Part shown: positions 1 to 6,199 of the stretch, piece after piece
Layout of the letters: each line of letters begins with the position of its first letter
Position numbering within the stretch: position 1 is the first letter of the stretch
DNA from: a virus
DNA: 35,863 nt
Reading direction: 5' to 3' (one strand)
Virus record (IMG/VR): IMGVR_UViG_3300025874_000001
Coordinates: 1 to 35,863 of that record
Translations under genes and position numbers: made by a program
Notes under the pieces: model-generated
Database searches by the model: none
Seen by the model: the letters and a program-made list of their open reading frames with translations, nothing else
What the model was told of the DNA's origin: nothing

Positions 1-201
1 TATTACTCTCCGTTAAGGATGAAAAAGGACGCAGACTTGCGGATGATCTTGATGGCTTCAGTAGGGGAGATGCAGTAGTCCCGAATCATATCGTCAACCT
101 CAATGCAGAGGGAAGCTAGAGTGAAGAAGTCGAGATGCCGATCGGATTTAACGTGCGTGATGGTGACGCAGGGATGGTCTTGACCAAATGTTGGCTCCTC
201 G
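1..201. repeat. Terminal overlap, copy A (identical to 35663-35863)
   Basis: Read directly. The string tattactctccgttaaggatg...ttggctcctcg at 1-201 recurs base for base at 35663-35863. This implies a circular or circularly permuted 35,662-bp unit. Confidence 0.95.
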
Positions 202-239
202 TAGGAGATCCAGAATAGTTCGGTTTTGAATGAGTTCAT
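3..239 (-). CDS. Hypothetical protein (78 aa)
   Basis: ATG at 237-239 and TAA at 3-5. It belongs to the leftward gene block. No motif recognised. Confidence 0.6.
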   Translation of the reverse strand: MNSFKTELFWISYEEPTFGQDHPCVTITHVKSDRHLDFFTLASLCIEVDDMIRDYCISPTEAIKIIRKSASFFILNGE

Positions 240-284
240 AGTGTATTATTGTGGTTGTGGTTATTTTTAGTAGGTAATCAAAGA

Positions 285-314
285 TAGAAATATACGCTGT
301 TTACCCGATATAAT
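285..314 (+). promoter_or_regulatory. Possible sigma70-like promoter for the opposite-strand ORF 344-610
   Basis: TAGAAA (285-290), 18-nt spacer, then a perfect TATAAT (309-314) about 30 nt upstream of ATG 344/350. Only meaningful if the host uses sigma70-type promoters. Confidence 0.25.
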
Positions 315-343
315 TTTTCCTTGAGTTGAGTTATGATTGGTGG

Positions 344-610
344 ATGAAAATGCTCTGCCTATTCTTCCTGCTTGTTTCCAATTCACTTATCGCCTCACCA
401 GCAGCTATCGAGGTTCTGTCCGCTAGTGGCCTTACGCATTCGATTGCCCAAGCTAGGACTATTTATGCCGACATTGGTGACAGCGTATTCTTCAAGCAAG
501 TAGAGCCATCCGAGGGTATGCTGCTGCTTACTGATAATGGAGTCATAAAGTTCAAGCCGGGTGCTGAAAGTAATCGTGTGGTAGTTGCGGTGGTAAAGAA
601 TTACTCATAG
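344..610 (+). CDS. Small secreted or membrane-anchored protein, encoded antisense to the surrounding block
   Basis: The ORF track starts at TTG 326; the first ATGs are at 344 and 350. The N-terminus MKMLCLFFLLVSNSLIASPAA looks like a signal peptide. It fills a 375-bp gap in the minus-strand block that has no minus ORF of 60 aa or more. Confidence 0.4.
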   Translation: MKMLCLFFLLVSNSLIASPAAIEVLSASGLTHSIAQARTIYADIGDSVFFKQVEPSEGMLLLTDNGVIKFKPGAESNRVVVAVVKNYS

Positions 611-614
611 CGCA

Positions 615-776
615 TCATAATGAATTAGTAGCCTCATCCTTGAGGGCAGCGATTGCCTGCTTGAGTTGATTGTTCTCCTCCTGTAACCGGAGGTTCTCAT
701 TGCGTAGGTAGATGAAGTTCTCCCTTACATCCATAATGATGTCCGCAAGTGGTGGTTCGTTTAGGTTATCTGTCAT
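615..776 (-). CDS. Leucine-zipper/coiled-coil protein (53 aa)
   Basis: Internal ATG at 776 of track ORF 615-929. The product is MTDNLNEPPLADIIMDVRENFIYLRNENLRLQEENNQLKQAIAALKDEATNSL, with heptad leucines. It overlaps the end of the upstream HTH gene by 11 nt. Confidence 0.5.
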   Translation of the reverse strand: MTDNLNEPPLADIIMDVRENFIYLRNENLRLQEENNQLKQAIAALKDEATNSL

Positions 777-1119
777 AATGTTTTTGAGTTGTTTCCGTTT
801 TGGAAATAGTTGGTAGTTGATAATTAGGTAGCTTGAACTGTCGCCGCCATAGTGCGTAGGTTGACTTGTGGATGCCGGACTGATCAGCTGCTGTCTCAAG
901 TGATATACCACTGTCCCGCATTGCGTCAATCTTTTTCACTACCTCGGCCTTCTCCTCGGTGCTGAGTCGATGAGTAATTCGGTTGCAGTTACTGCCAGGG
1001 ATAAAGTGTCGTGTCCCTGCTGCCGCCTCAATCCTCTCATTGTCCTCAACCTCCTTGGCAATCCGAGCTGCTGCCCATTCCATAAAGCTGCTGTTTGATT
1101 CTGCTGTTGTTTCGTACAT
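766..1119 (-). CDS. Helix-turn-helix protein resembling IS3-type OrfA (HTH_Tnp_1-like) DNA-binding domain
   Basis: STEEKAEVVKKIDAMRDSGISLETAADQSGIHKSTYALWRRQF matches the pattern of IS3-family OrfA HTH domains as I recall it. No transposase catalytic ORF follows. Confidence 0.5.
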   Translation of the reverse strand: MYETTAESNSSFMEWAAARIAKEVEDNERIEAAAGTRHFIPGSNCNRITHRLSTEEKAEVVKKIDAMRDSGISLETAADQSGIHKSTYALWRRQFKLPNYQLPTISKTETTQKHYDR

Positions 1120-1124
1120 TCTTC

Positions 1125-1319
1125 TTATTTAGTTAATTCCTTTGTTGATAGTATTTTTCCTGTGCCTCCTCGCTTGAAGACACAGACACCGCTCTTGTCG
1201 GGCATCTTCTTGAGAAGCAGGCGCACTGCTCCTTGTTCATCGTGCGCCCACTTGTAAGTCCTGCCGACGTAGCCTTCTGGCATATCGTCGTGGTGTGTTC
1301 TGATCTCGTACTCAGTCAT
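1125..1319 (-). CDS. Hypothetical protein (64 aa)
   Basis: ATG at 1317-1319. It overlaps the upstream gene by 4 nt, which suggests translational coupling. Confidence 0.55.
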   Translation of the reverse strand: MTEYEIRTHHDDMPEGYVGRTYKWAHDEQGAVRLLLKKMPDKSGVCVFKRGGTGKILSTKELTK

Positions 1320-1561
1320 AGGAACAGGATGGTGAAGCCGTAGCCTCCATTAGTCCCTATCACGTTGTAGTTAATCCACTCCTCGGCCTCCTCTTCGGTC
1401 ATCCCTTGCTCTACAAATAGTCGAGTCATTATCTCGTATTCGTAAACTAGGTTGCCATTGTGGTCAGTCCCTACTACAGCGTCGTCGAGTCCGTCAAACC
1501 GGATGGCCTCGGGGTCGCAGCAGTCAAGATGCCGTTCGATATCTGATATTGGTTTAATCAT
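1316..1561 (-). CDS. Hypothetical conserved small phage protein (81 aa)
   Basis: ATG at 1559-1561, tightly packed in the operon. The C-terminal pattern EEAEEWINYNVIGTNGGYG resembles a recurrent small phage protein of unknown function. Confidence 0.55.
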   Translation of the reverse strand: MIKPISDIERHLDCCDPEAIRFDGLDDAVVGTDHNGNLVYEYEIMTRLFVEQGMTEEEAEEWINYNVIGTNGGYGFTILFL

Positions 1562-1562
1562 A

Positions 1563-2324
1563 TTACATTCTCAAGAGCCAGTAAAGCTCAGCGCATTTCT
1601 TTGCTACCTTGATACCCTTGTCAAGCTCCTTGTCATTCCAGACCTTGTGGTGGTGCTTCTTGGTATCGCAGTCAATGATTACGGAGATACAGCCTGGCAG
1701 GTAGTCCAGCTTGCGCTCCTTCATTAGCATATAAGCTTCGATGCCGAGCTGCTGGCAGTCCTTGTCATAGCACTTAGCCTTGCCCTTGGTATTTGTACGG
1801 CACTTGTAGTCCGCTAGGAATAGCTTATCGTCGCTGTCGTAGCCAATGAAGTCCACGCTGCCAGCGATCTTGATTCGACTGCTTGCAATGATGTGCTCAC
1901 AGGATACAGGCTTTACGCCCTCCTCGTGAACCCAATCCACAAACGGCATAGCCCATTCATTCCAGACGCTGTCATCCGGCGCACTACCCTCGGCGAGGTA
2001 GTTATGATTAATGAAGTCCTCGATTACCTTGTGGACTGTCGTACCGAACTCCGAGGACTCAATAGTTTCACCCGTAGCCGGATGCTCCCTTGTGCCATAG
2101 GTAAGACGCTCTAACTCCTGCCAAGCTAGGCTAGGGTATGCCCTCGCTAGTTGCGCCATCATACGGGGCTTATAGATGCTATCAAGGAACGCATCCTTTA
2201 CGATGCCAAGCACAGTCGTAACAGAAGGATACACCTTCGCTACTTTCCGCGCTTGTGCGGGTGTCATTATGTCGGCCTCGAACTCAGGGTTCAGGACATC
2301 GTTGCAATTATAGAAGTGGCTCAT
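1563..2324 (-). CDS. PD-(D/E)XK (RecB/Cas4/YqaJ-like) exonuclease
   Basis: GSVDFIGYD ... LADYKCR gives a D ... D/E-x-K core. It is followed by a QhxxY-like motif (CQQLGIEAYML). The same genome encodes an ERF annealing protein. Confidence 0.6.
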   Translation of the reverse strand: MSHFYNCNDVLNPEFEADIMTPAQARKVAKVYPSVTTVLGIVKDAFLDSIYKPRMMAQLARAYPSLAWQELERLTYGTREHPATGETIESSEFGTTVHKVIEDFINHNYLAEGSAPDDSVWNEWAMPFVDWVHEEGVKPVSCEHIIASSRIKIAGSVDFIGYDSDDKLFLADYKCRTNTKGKAKCYDKDCQQLGIEAYMLMKERKLDYLPGCISVIIDCDTKKHHHKVWNDKELDKGIKVAKKCAELYWLLRM

Positions 2325-2509
2325 TTTCTTTTCTTTCCGTATGTTGGGTACGATGCGCGTCCCGTTTTGGTACGCCGTGCATCTTTAATTAGACCTAGCT
2401 GCCGGAAGTGGTCAACCGCCTGGCGACCCTCCTCCATTAGCTTGCGATTCCGCATTACTGATTCGTAAAGGTCAGCGAACTTGTTTGCTAGTTGACTTGC
2501 GTTACTCAT
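2321..2509 (-). CDS. Hypothetical basic protein (62 aa)
   Basis: ATG at 2507-2509. It has 1-nt and 4-nt overlaps with its neighbours. Confidence 0.5.
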   Translation of the reverse strand: MSNASQLANKFADLYESVMRNRKLMEEGRQAVDHFRQLGLIKDARRTKTGRASYPTYGKKRK

Positions 2510-2775
2510 TACAGCTCCTCTTGGTCCATAATGAACTCCACACCTTCGCGGAGGATGTCGATGCGCTGCTCTGATTCCGCAAAGTAACGGCCAGCGTACA
2601 GCTCAATATTCTCTTGGTCAATAATGATTAGAGTATCCTGTCCGAGTGTGCTTTGGTCGGATTCCGGTATCATTGCACCTACCCAAATGAAACGCAGTTG
2701 CTCCTCCGCGATGAAGTGCAGGAGGTCATCGGAACTGCGGCGTAATGTTTCTAGTTCTGTTTTTTCTGTATCCAT
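2509..2775 (-). CDS. Hypothetical acidic protein (88 aa from the first ATG)
   Basis: The track ORF starts at TTG 2799. The first ATG is at 2773-2775 (MDTEKTELETL...), 10 nt after the upstream stop. Confidence 0.5.
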   Translation of the reverse strand: MDTEKTELETLRRSSDDLLHFIAEEQLRFIWVGAMIPESDQSTLGQDTLIIIDQENIELYAGRYFAESEQRIDILREGVEFIMDQEEL

Positions 2776-2785
2776 TGTATTGTCT

Positions 2786-2929
2786 TTAGAATTTAGCAAT
2801 GAGGGTGGCGACCAGTAGCATAATGCTGCCGCCTAGACAGCAGGCCAGCACCACACAGGCGGAGTAAAAGACCTTCTCGCCGCCTTTGACGAGATGATCG
2901 AGGTTAGTATTTTCTTTACGGTTTTTCAT
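2786..2929 (-). CDS. Small C-terminally anchored membrane protein (47 aa)
   Basis: Internal ATG at 2927-2929 gives MKNRKENTNLDHLVKGGEKVFYSACVVLACCLGGSIMLLVATLIAKF, with one hydrophobic helix. The longer track ORF would run into the operator-like intergenic region. Confidence 0.4.
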   Translation of the reverse strand: MKNRKENTNLDHLVKGGEKVFYSACVVLACCLGGSIMLLVATLIAKF

Positions 2930-3052
2930 TTTTATTGCGTTCTTATCGGTGTTTAGGTATATCAAGGCTTGACATACTTTTTGATGTGATGTGTACCTTA
3001 AGACAGTCAGCCCTTGGTAGTCAATCATTAATTAATATAAAAAAGGGAGTCA

Positions 3053-3082
3053 ATGACTGACAGTCATATGACTGACAGCCAT
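3053..3082. promoter_or_regulatory. Tandem 15-bp palindromic operator-like sites
   Basis: ATGACTGACAGTCAT (3053-3067) is a perfect palindrome. It is immediately followed by ATGACTGACAGCCAT (3068-3082). A related GACAGTCAG lies at 3002-3010. The sites sit in the 160-bp gap between two minus-strand genes. Confidence 0.5.
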
Positions 3083-3091
3083 ATGGTGGGC

Positions 3092-3367
3092 TTAGATTAG
3101 GTCCAGGGTCTCCTGAAAGATGGTCGCCCTGTCATCGTGGCTAAGTGACTCAATCGGTAGCTCACGGGGTGTCTCGCTGTCAGTCCAGTAGACTAGTTTC
3201 ACGATCTCGAACCCGTCAAGGTCGCGCTCCTCCCAAGCTTCTGTGACTTGGGACTCCCCGGCTTCGCTGCTGCTCTCGCAATGAGTTGTCACGGCCTCCG
3301 CTTCGACTGTTATGTCAAAGTATTTGTTGGGCCGTAGCTCGATGCCTTCTAGTTGTATAGTTTTCAT
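3092..3367 (-). CDS. Hypothetical acidic protein (91 aa), N-terminus MKTIQLEGIE
   Basis: ATG at 3365-3367. The first 10 codons are repeated at 4207-4235. Confidence 0.55.
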   Translation of the reverse strand: MKTIQLEGIELRPNKYFDITVEAEAVTTHCESSSEAGESQVTEAWEERDLDGFEIVKLVYWTDSETPRELPIESLSHDDRATIFQETLDLI

Positions 3368-3399
3368 TATGCGAATGTGATTTGGTTTTTATCTTTTGG

Positions 3400-4065
3400 C
3401 TACTGGCAGGTAAAGTCCGAGAGGTAGTCAGTTGACGCAATAGCCTTCTGCCGCGCCCACATTTCGAGTCCTTTGGCCTGCCAGTAGCCGCGGTTCCAGC
3501 CTGTGCCATCGCACGATTCAATGCCCATCGCCTCTAGCTCGTAGAGTTTCTCCGGCGAATTGCAGCGCAGCACGTGAACCCTAGGAAAGGCCCTTGCCCA
3601 CATCTCTACTGTCTGCCACTTCCATTCTGTCGTGCCGCCAATGGCAATAACTTCGGGACGCGGAAATAATGAGCGCACGTCGTCGCGTGTCATACCATCC
3701 TGTACGGCCACCGCCAAGGGTATGCCGCAGGACTGGATGATCGGCGCGTAGGTGCTCCACTGCTCGATGGTGGCAGCTCCGTCACCAATGACGTCGGGGA
3801 CGATGGCCCATCGCGCTTGTGTCTTTTGGGACTGCGACCAAACGAGCAAACGCCTCCACTCATCTTCTTTTTTCGCCCACTTGTCGTGGTCAAAGCAGTT
3901 AGCTCGCATATCCCAACAGCTAAACGCCCCATTATCGAGTGCGTACGGAAACCAGGGCCAAGGGCCGCGCTGCGCCCCCGGTGAAAACAAATGGCCGATG
4001 CGCCCAGTCTCACGACCAAGGCAATGCCAGAACCATCCAGTAGAGTTTGCAGGCATTACCAGCAT
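3400..4065 (-). CDS. Putative TGT-fold / DpdA-like DNA (deaza)guanine transglycosylase
   Basis: Alternating strand/loop motifs: YALDNGAFSCWD, WAIVPDVIGD, LAVAVQDG, VIAIGGTTEWK, RVHVLRCNSPEKL and ESCDGTGW. These resemble the DSGAFS ... PDv.gd ... iGG ... HlLG ... DS.DS.W pattern of phage DpdA / tRNA-guanine transglycosylase barrels as I recall them. Not verified by search. Confidence 0.4.
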   Translation of the reverse strand: MLVMPANSTGWFWHCLGRETGRIGHLFSPGAQRGPWPWFPYALDNGAFSCWDMRANCFDHDKWAKKEDEWRRLLVWSQSQKTQARWAIVPDVIGDGAATIEQWSTYAPIIQSCGIPLAVAVQDGMTRDDVRSLFPRPEVIAIGGTTEWKWQTVEMWARAFPRVHVLRCNSPEKLYELEAMGIESCDGTGWNRGYWQAKGLEMWARQKAIASTDYLSDFTCQ

Positions 4066-4235
4066 CGTATTGGCCTTTCTAAGCGACCCTCACGGATCAG
4101 TGCTAGCATTAATACTTCAGCCTCGTAAAGGGTATACATTCCCTCATCAATCATAAATGCCTCGACGTGGTCAAGCCACTCAGCGCGTGATAATCCCGGC
4201 ACAGTTTCGATGCCTTCTAGTTGTATTGTTTGCAT
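4056..4235 (-). CDS. Hypothetical protein (59 aa), N-terminus MQTIQLEGIE
   Basis: Hand-translated because it is below the track cut-off. ATG at 4233-4235 and TAA at 4056-4058. It overlaps the start of the DpdA-like gene by 10 nt. Confidence 0.45.
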   Translation of the reverse strand: MQTIQLEGIETVPGLSRAEWLDHVEAFMIDEGMYTLYEAEVLMLALIREGRLERPIRCW

Positions 4236-4236
4236 A

Positions 4237-4392
4237 TTAATCAGCGTTTAATTGTTCAAGTGTCCGGCATCCTGTCCGTACGAACAGAATATCTAGGTAA
4301 GTTTCCTCGCTGTTGCCATTGATTGACGTAACAAGGGAAATTTCCTCTTCGGTTGCTATGTTCATTTCTAGTAGTGTTTCGTATGTGTCCAT
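4237..4392 (-). CDS. Hypothetical acidic protein (51 aa)
   Basis: Hand-translated as MDTYETLLEMNIATEEEISLVTSINGNSEETYLDILFVRTGCRTLEQLNAD. It is preceded by AAGAAAGGAAAACA (SD-like) and ends 1 nt before the next start. Confidence 0.45.
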   Translation of the reverse strand: MDTYETLLEMNIATEEEISLVTSINGNSEETYLDILFVRTGCRTLEQLNAD

Positions 4393-4411
4393 TGTTTTCC
4401 TTTCTTATGTG

Positions 4412-4696
4412 TTATCTGTTTACCCAAGTTTCCCAATCACAAAGCATATCCGCCGGAGCGCATTCTGTGAATATAATAAACCTATCGAGTAGCTCCAAAG
4501 GAGCTTCCGTGTCAAGGGTTTGCTTGAACTTCAAGCGTATAGGTTTGAGCCAGCGTTCGTGAACCAGTAGCGAATTCCAATCGCAAGCGGGTAAAAGCCT
4601 TTTGAAAAGCTCCCATTCCGGCTTTGGTTCTACTAGATCATCCCAAGCTTTCAGCCTATCCTGAGAGAATGTTTTTAATGCAGTTTCTATTTTCAT
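4412..4696 (-). CDS. Hypothetical protein (94 aa)
   Basis: ATG at 4694-4696, preceded by the same 20-nt leader as the next gene (AAGAAAGGAAAAAA). Confidence 0.55.
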   Translation of the reverse strand: MKIETALKTFSQDRLKAWDDLVEPKPEWELFKRLLPACDWNSLLVHERWLKPIRLKFKQTLDTEAPLELLDRFIIFTECAPADMLCDWETWVNR

Positions 4697-4720
4697 TTTT
4701 TTCCTTTCTTATGTGTTAAA

Positions 4721-4739
4721 GCTTAATCTTCGATTAAGC
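4721..4739. promoter_or_regulatory. Perfect 8-bp stem / 3-nt loop hairpin
   Basis: GCTTAATC-ttc-GATTAAGC. It lies directly upstream (on the minus strand) of the conserved 20-nt leader of gene 4412-4696. Confidence 0.4.
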
Positions 4740-4830
4740 GCGATATGCAGCGGGCTTTTCCCGTGCCTCAATTACTGTTAAAGTCCCTTGTTTACTACGT
4801 GTCAAATATATTTTTAAAATATTTTCCCCT

Positions 4831-4875
4831 TGCTTCCCTAGCTTGCCTTCCCTGGCTCGCCTTCCCTGGCTCGCC
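4831..4875. repeat. Tandem 14-bp CT-rich repeats (about 3 copies)
   Basis: GCCTTCCCTGGCTC occurs at 4845-4858 and 4859-4872. A degenerate copy, GCTTCCCTAGCTT, lies just upstream. The repeats sit within a 300-bp non-coding island. Confidence 0.8.
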
Positions 4876-5043
4876 GGCGTCTTTCCTTAGTCATTACCCT
4901 TGCCACAAATCAAAAGGCCTTGTGTGGCCTTATAGCCGGTAAACCTTGTGCATTGGCGGGGTTTTCGGCGTGCCTTGCTTATGACTAGGCACAAAAAAAG
5001 CGCACGCTTTCACGTACACCGATTTGCTTTGTTTTTATGAGTG

Positions 5044-5259
5044 CTAGTCAATGCAAGATACTTTAGAAGCGTCAAAAGGCATTCGGTTTTTTTGTATCAA
5101 TTGACGGGCAAAGGATAAAGCACGAGGCCAACTTTCCGTTTTATAATCCTTTACAAAAGTCTTTCGCACTTTTCCGGCACGGTAAAACGTGTAAGGCGAA
5201 CAATTAGATTCGGAATGTTTAGTTGGAATGCCTTCGAGAATTTCAATCTTTAGTTTCAT
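5044..5259 (-). CDS. Hypothetical basic protein (71 aa), N-terminus MKLKIEILEGIP
   Basis: ATG at 5257-5259. Its N-terminus is related to the M(K/Q)TIQLEGIE starts at 3367 and 4235. Confidence 0.5.
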   Translation of the reverse strand: MKLKIEILEGIPTKHSESNCSPYTFYRAGKVRKTFVKDYKTESWPRALSFARQLIQKNRMPFDASKVSCID

Positions 5260-5305
5260 AATAAAAAGCGGTTTTACAGAACCGCAAACTGATTTGAGTT
5301 AGGTT

Positions 5306-6199
5306 TTACGCTTCGATCTGTGCAATGATTTGTTTCAATTCAGCAAGTGAGAGAATGAAGTTTTCCTTTATGCCTGCCGCTAGGTTTTCGGTTTGCTTGG
5401 CTTTTAATATGCCATATTTGCCCGCTTTATCCAAGAAGCGCAAATCAGTCGTATCCATAGAGAAGCAATCAACTAGGTTGCAAGCTTGCTCAAATTCATC
5501 GGAGCGCACCGGAAAGGCAATTGCTTGTCTGCGTGCTTGTGCTTGTTTATAGTGCTTTAAGCGCGCTTTATTTGCTTGGCTATAACTGAACGTTAAGTGA
5601 TAGTTAGGCAAAGGCACACGTTCAGGGTTTTTCGTATAATCGTAAAACTGCACCTTTGGAAAGCTTTGGTAGATCTCATAAAAGTCCAAGTCGCTTGTGC
5701 CATTCAAACGAACTGCAAACTTGTGGCCTTTCCTTTCCGCCCGTGCGCTTGCCAGTCGAATTTCGTGCTTTAACACGTCGCTTGCAATGTCTTTCCGATA
5801 TACTGTGAGCCAAGTTTTAACGATTCTAGAAACGTCAATCACGTGCTTTCCGGCCCGCTTTTCAATGAGCGAGTGCCCGCTGCCAACTAGGCAAGCCAAA
5901 CGGCAGCCAGTGCTTGCAAATGAGCAAATATCTTTGCCCGCGTTTTTACCAGCTGAAAGGTAAAGGATAAGCGTTTGAAAGTTTTCCTTTTTACCCTTTT
6001 CAACCTTCTGAGACGAATCCACAGAAGCAAAGTAGCTAATGCCTAATTCTTTAAAGAGCTTGCCCTTTGTGGTGTACGTTAACGCTTCAAAGTACTTTTC
6101 AGCTTTTAACAGAATACCAAACTTCTTTGCGGGCATTGGTTCAAGTAAATAGGCAAGTGCTAATTTCTTGATCTTTGATAGTGCTTTTTTGTTTTTCAT
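5306..6199 (-). CDS. GP88-family-like protein (297 aa), function unknown
   Basis: The combination CSFASTGCRLACLVGSG ... VRLNGTSDLDF ... VQFYDYTKNP matches my recollection of the Pfam GP88 phage family. It is the first gene of the leftward block. By eye it is more AT-rich than neighbouring genes. Confidence 0.4.
   Translation of the reverse strand: MKNKKALSKIKKLALAYLLEPMPAKKFGILLKAEKYFEALTYTTKGKLFKELGISYFASVDSSQKVEKGKKENFQTLILYLSAGKNAGKDICSFASTGCRLACLVGSGHSLIEKRAGKHVIDVSRIVKTWLTVYRKDIASDVLKHEIRLASARAERKGHKFAVRLNGTSDLDFYEIYQSFPKVQFYDYTKNPERVPLPNYHLTFSYSQANKARLKHYKQAQARRQAIAFPVRSDEFEQACNLVDCFSMDTTDLRFLDKAGKYGILKAKQTENLAAGIKENFILSLAELKQIIAQIEA

Noticed and set aside
1-201. The 201-bp terminal repeat as a physical T7-like direct terminal repeat
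   Set aside because: The repeat begins and ends inside or at the edge of a coding sequence, and the operon reads through the junction. An assembly overlap of a circular or permuted genome is the simpler explanation. It is kept as an open check in the findings.
766-1119. An insertion sequence (IS3 family), suggested by the OrfA-like HTH plus zipper
   Set aside because: No DDE transposase ORF and no terminal inverted repeats flank the ORFs. It is interpreted as a phage regulator of IS3-OrfA ancestry.
3690-4156. ORFs 3690-4019 (-) and 3752-4156 (+)
   Set aside because: Both are alternative-frame or antisense shadows inside the GC-rich DpdA-like gene. Their Arg/Ser/Pro-rich products are typical of off-frame translation.
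4745-4942. 65-aa plus-strand ORF in the early non-coding island
   Set aside because: Its sequence is dominated by the CT-rich tandem repeats. It is on the wrong strand for the block and has no start context.
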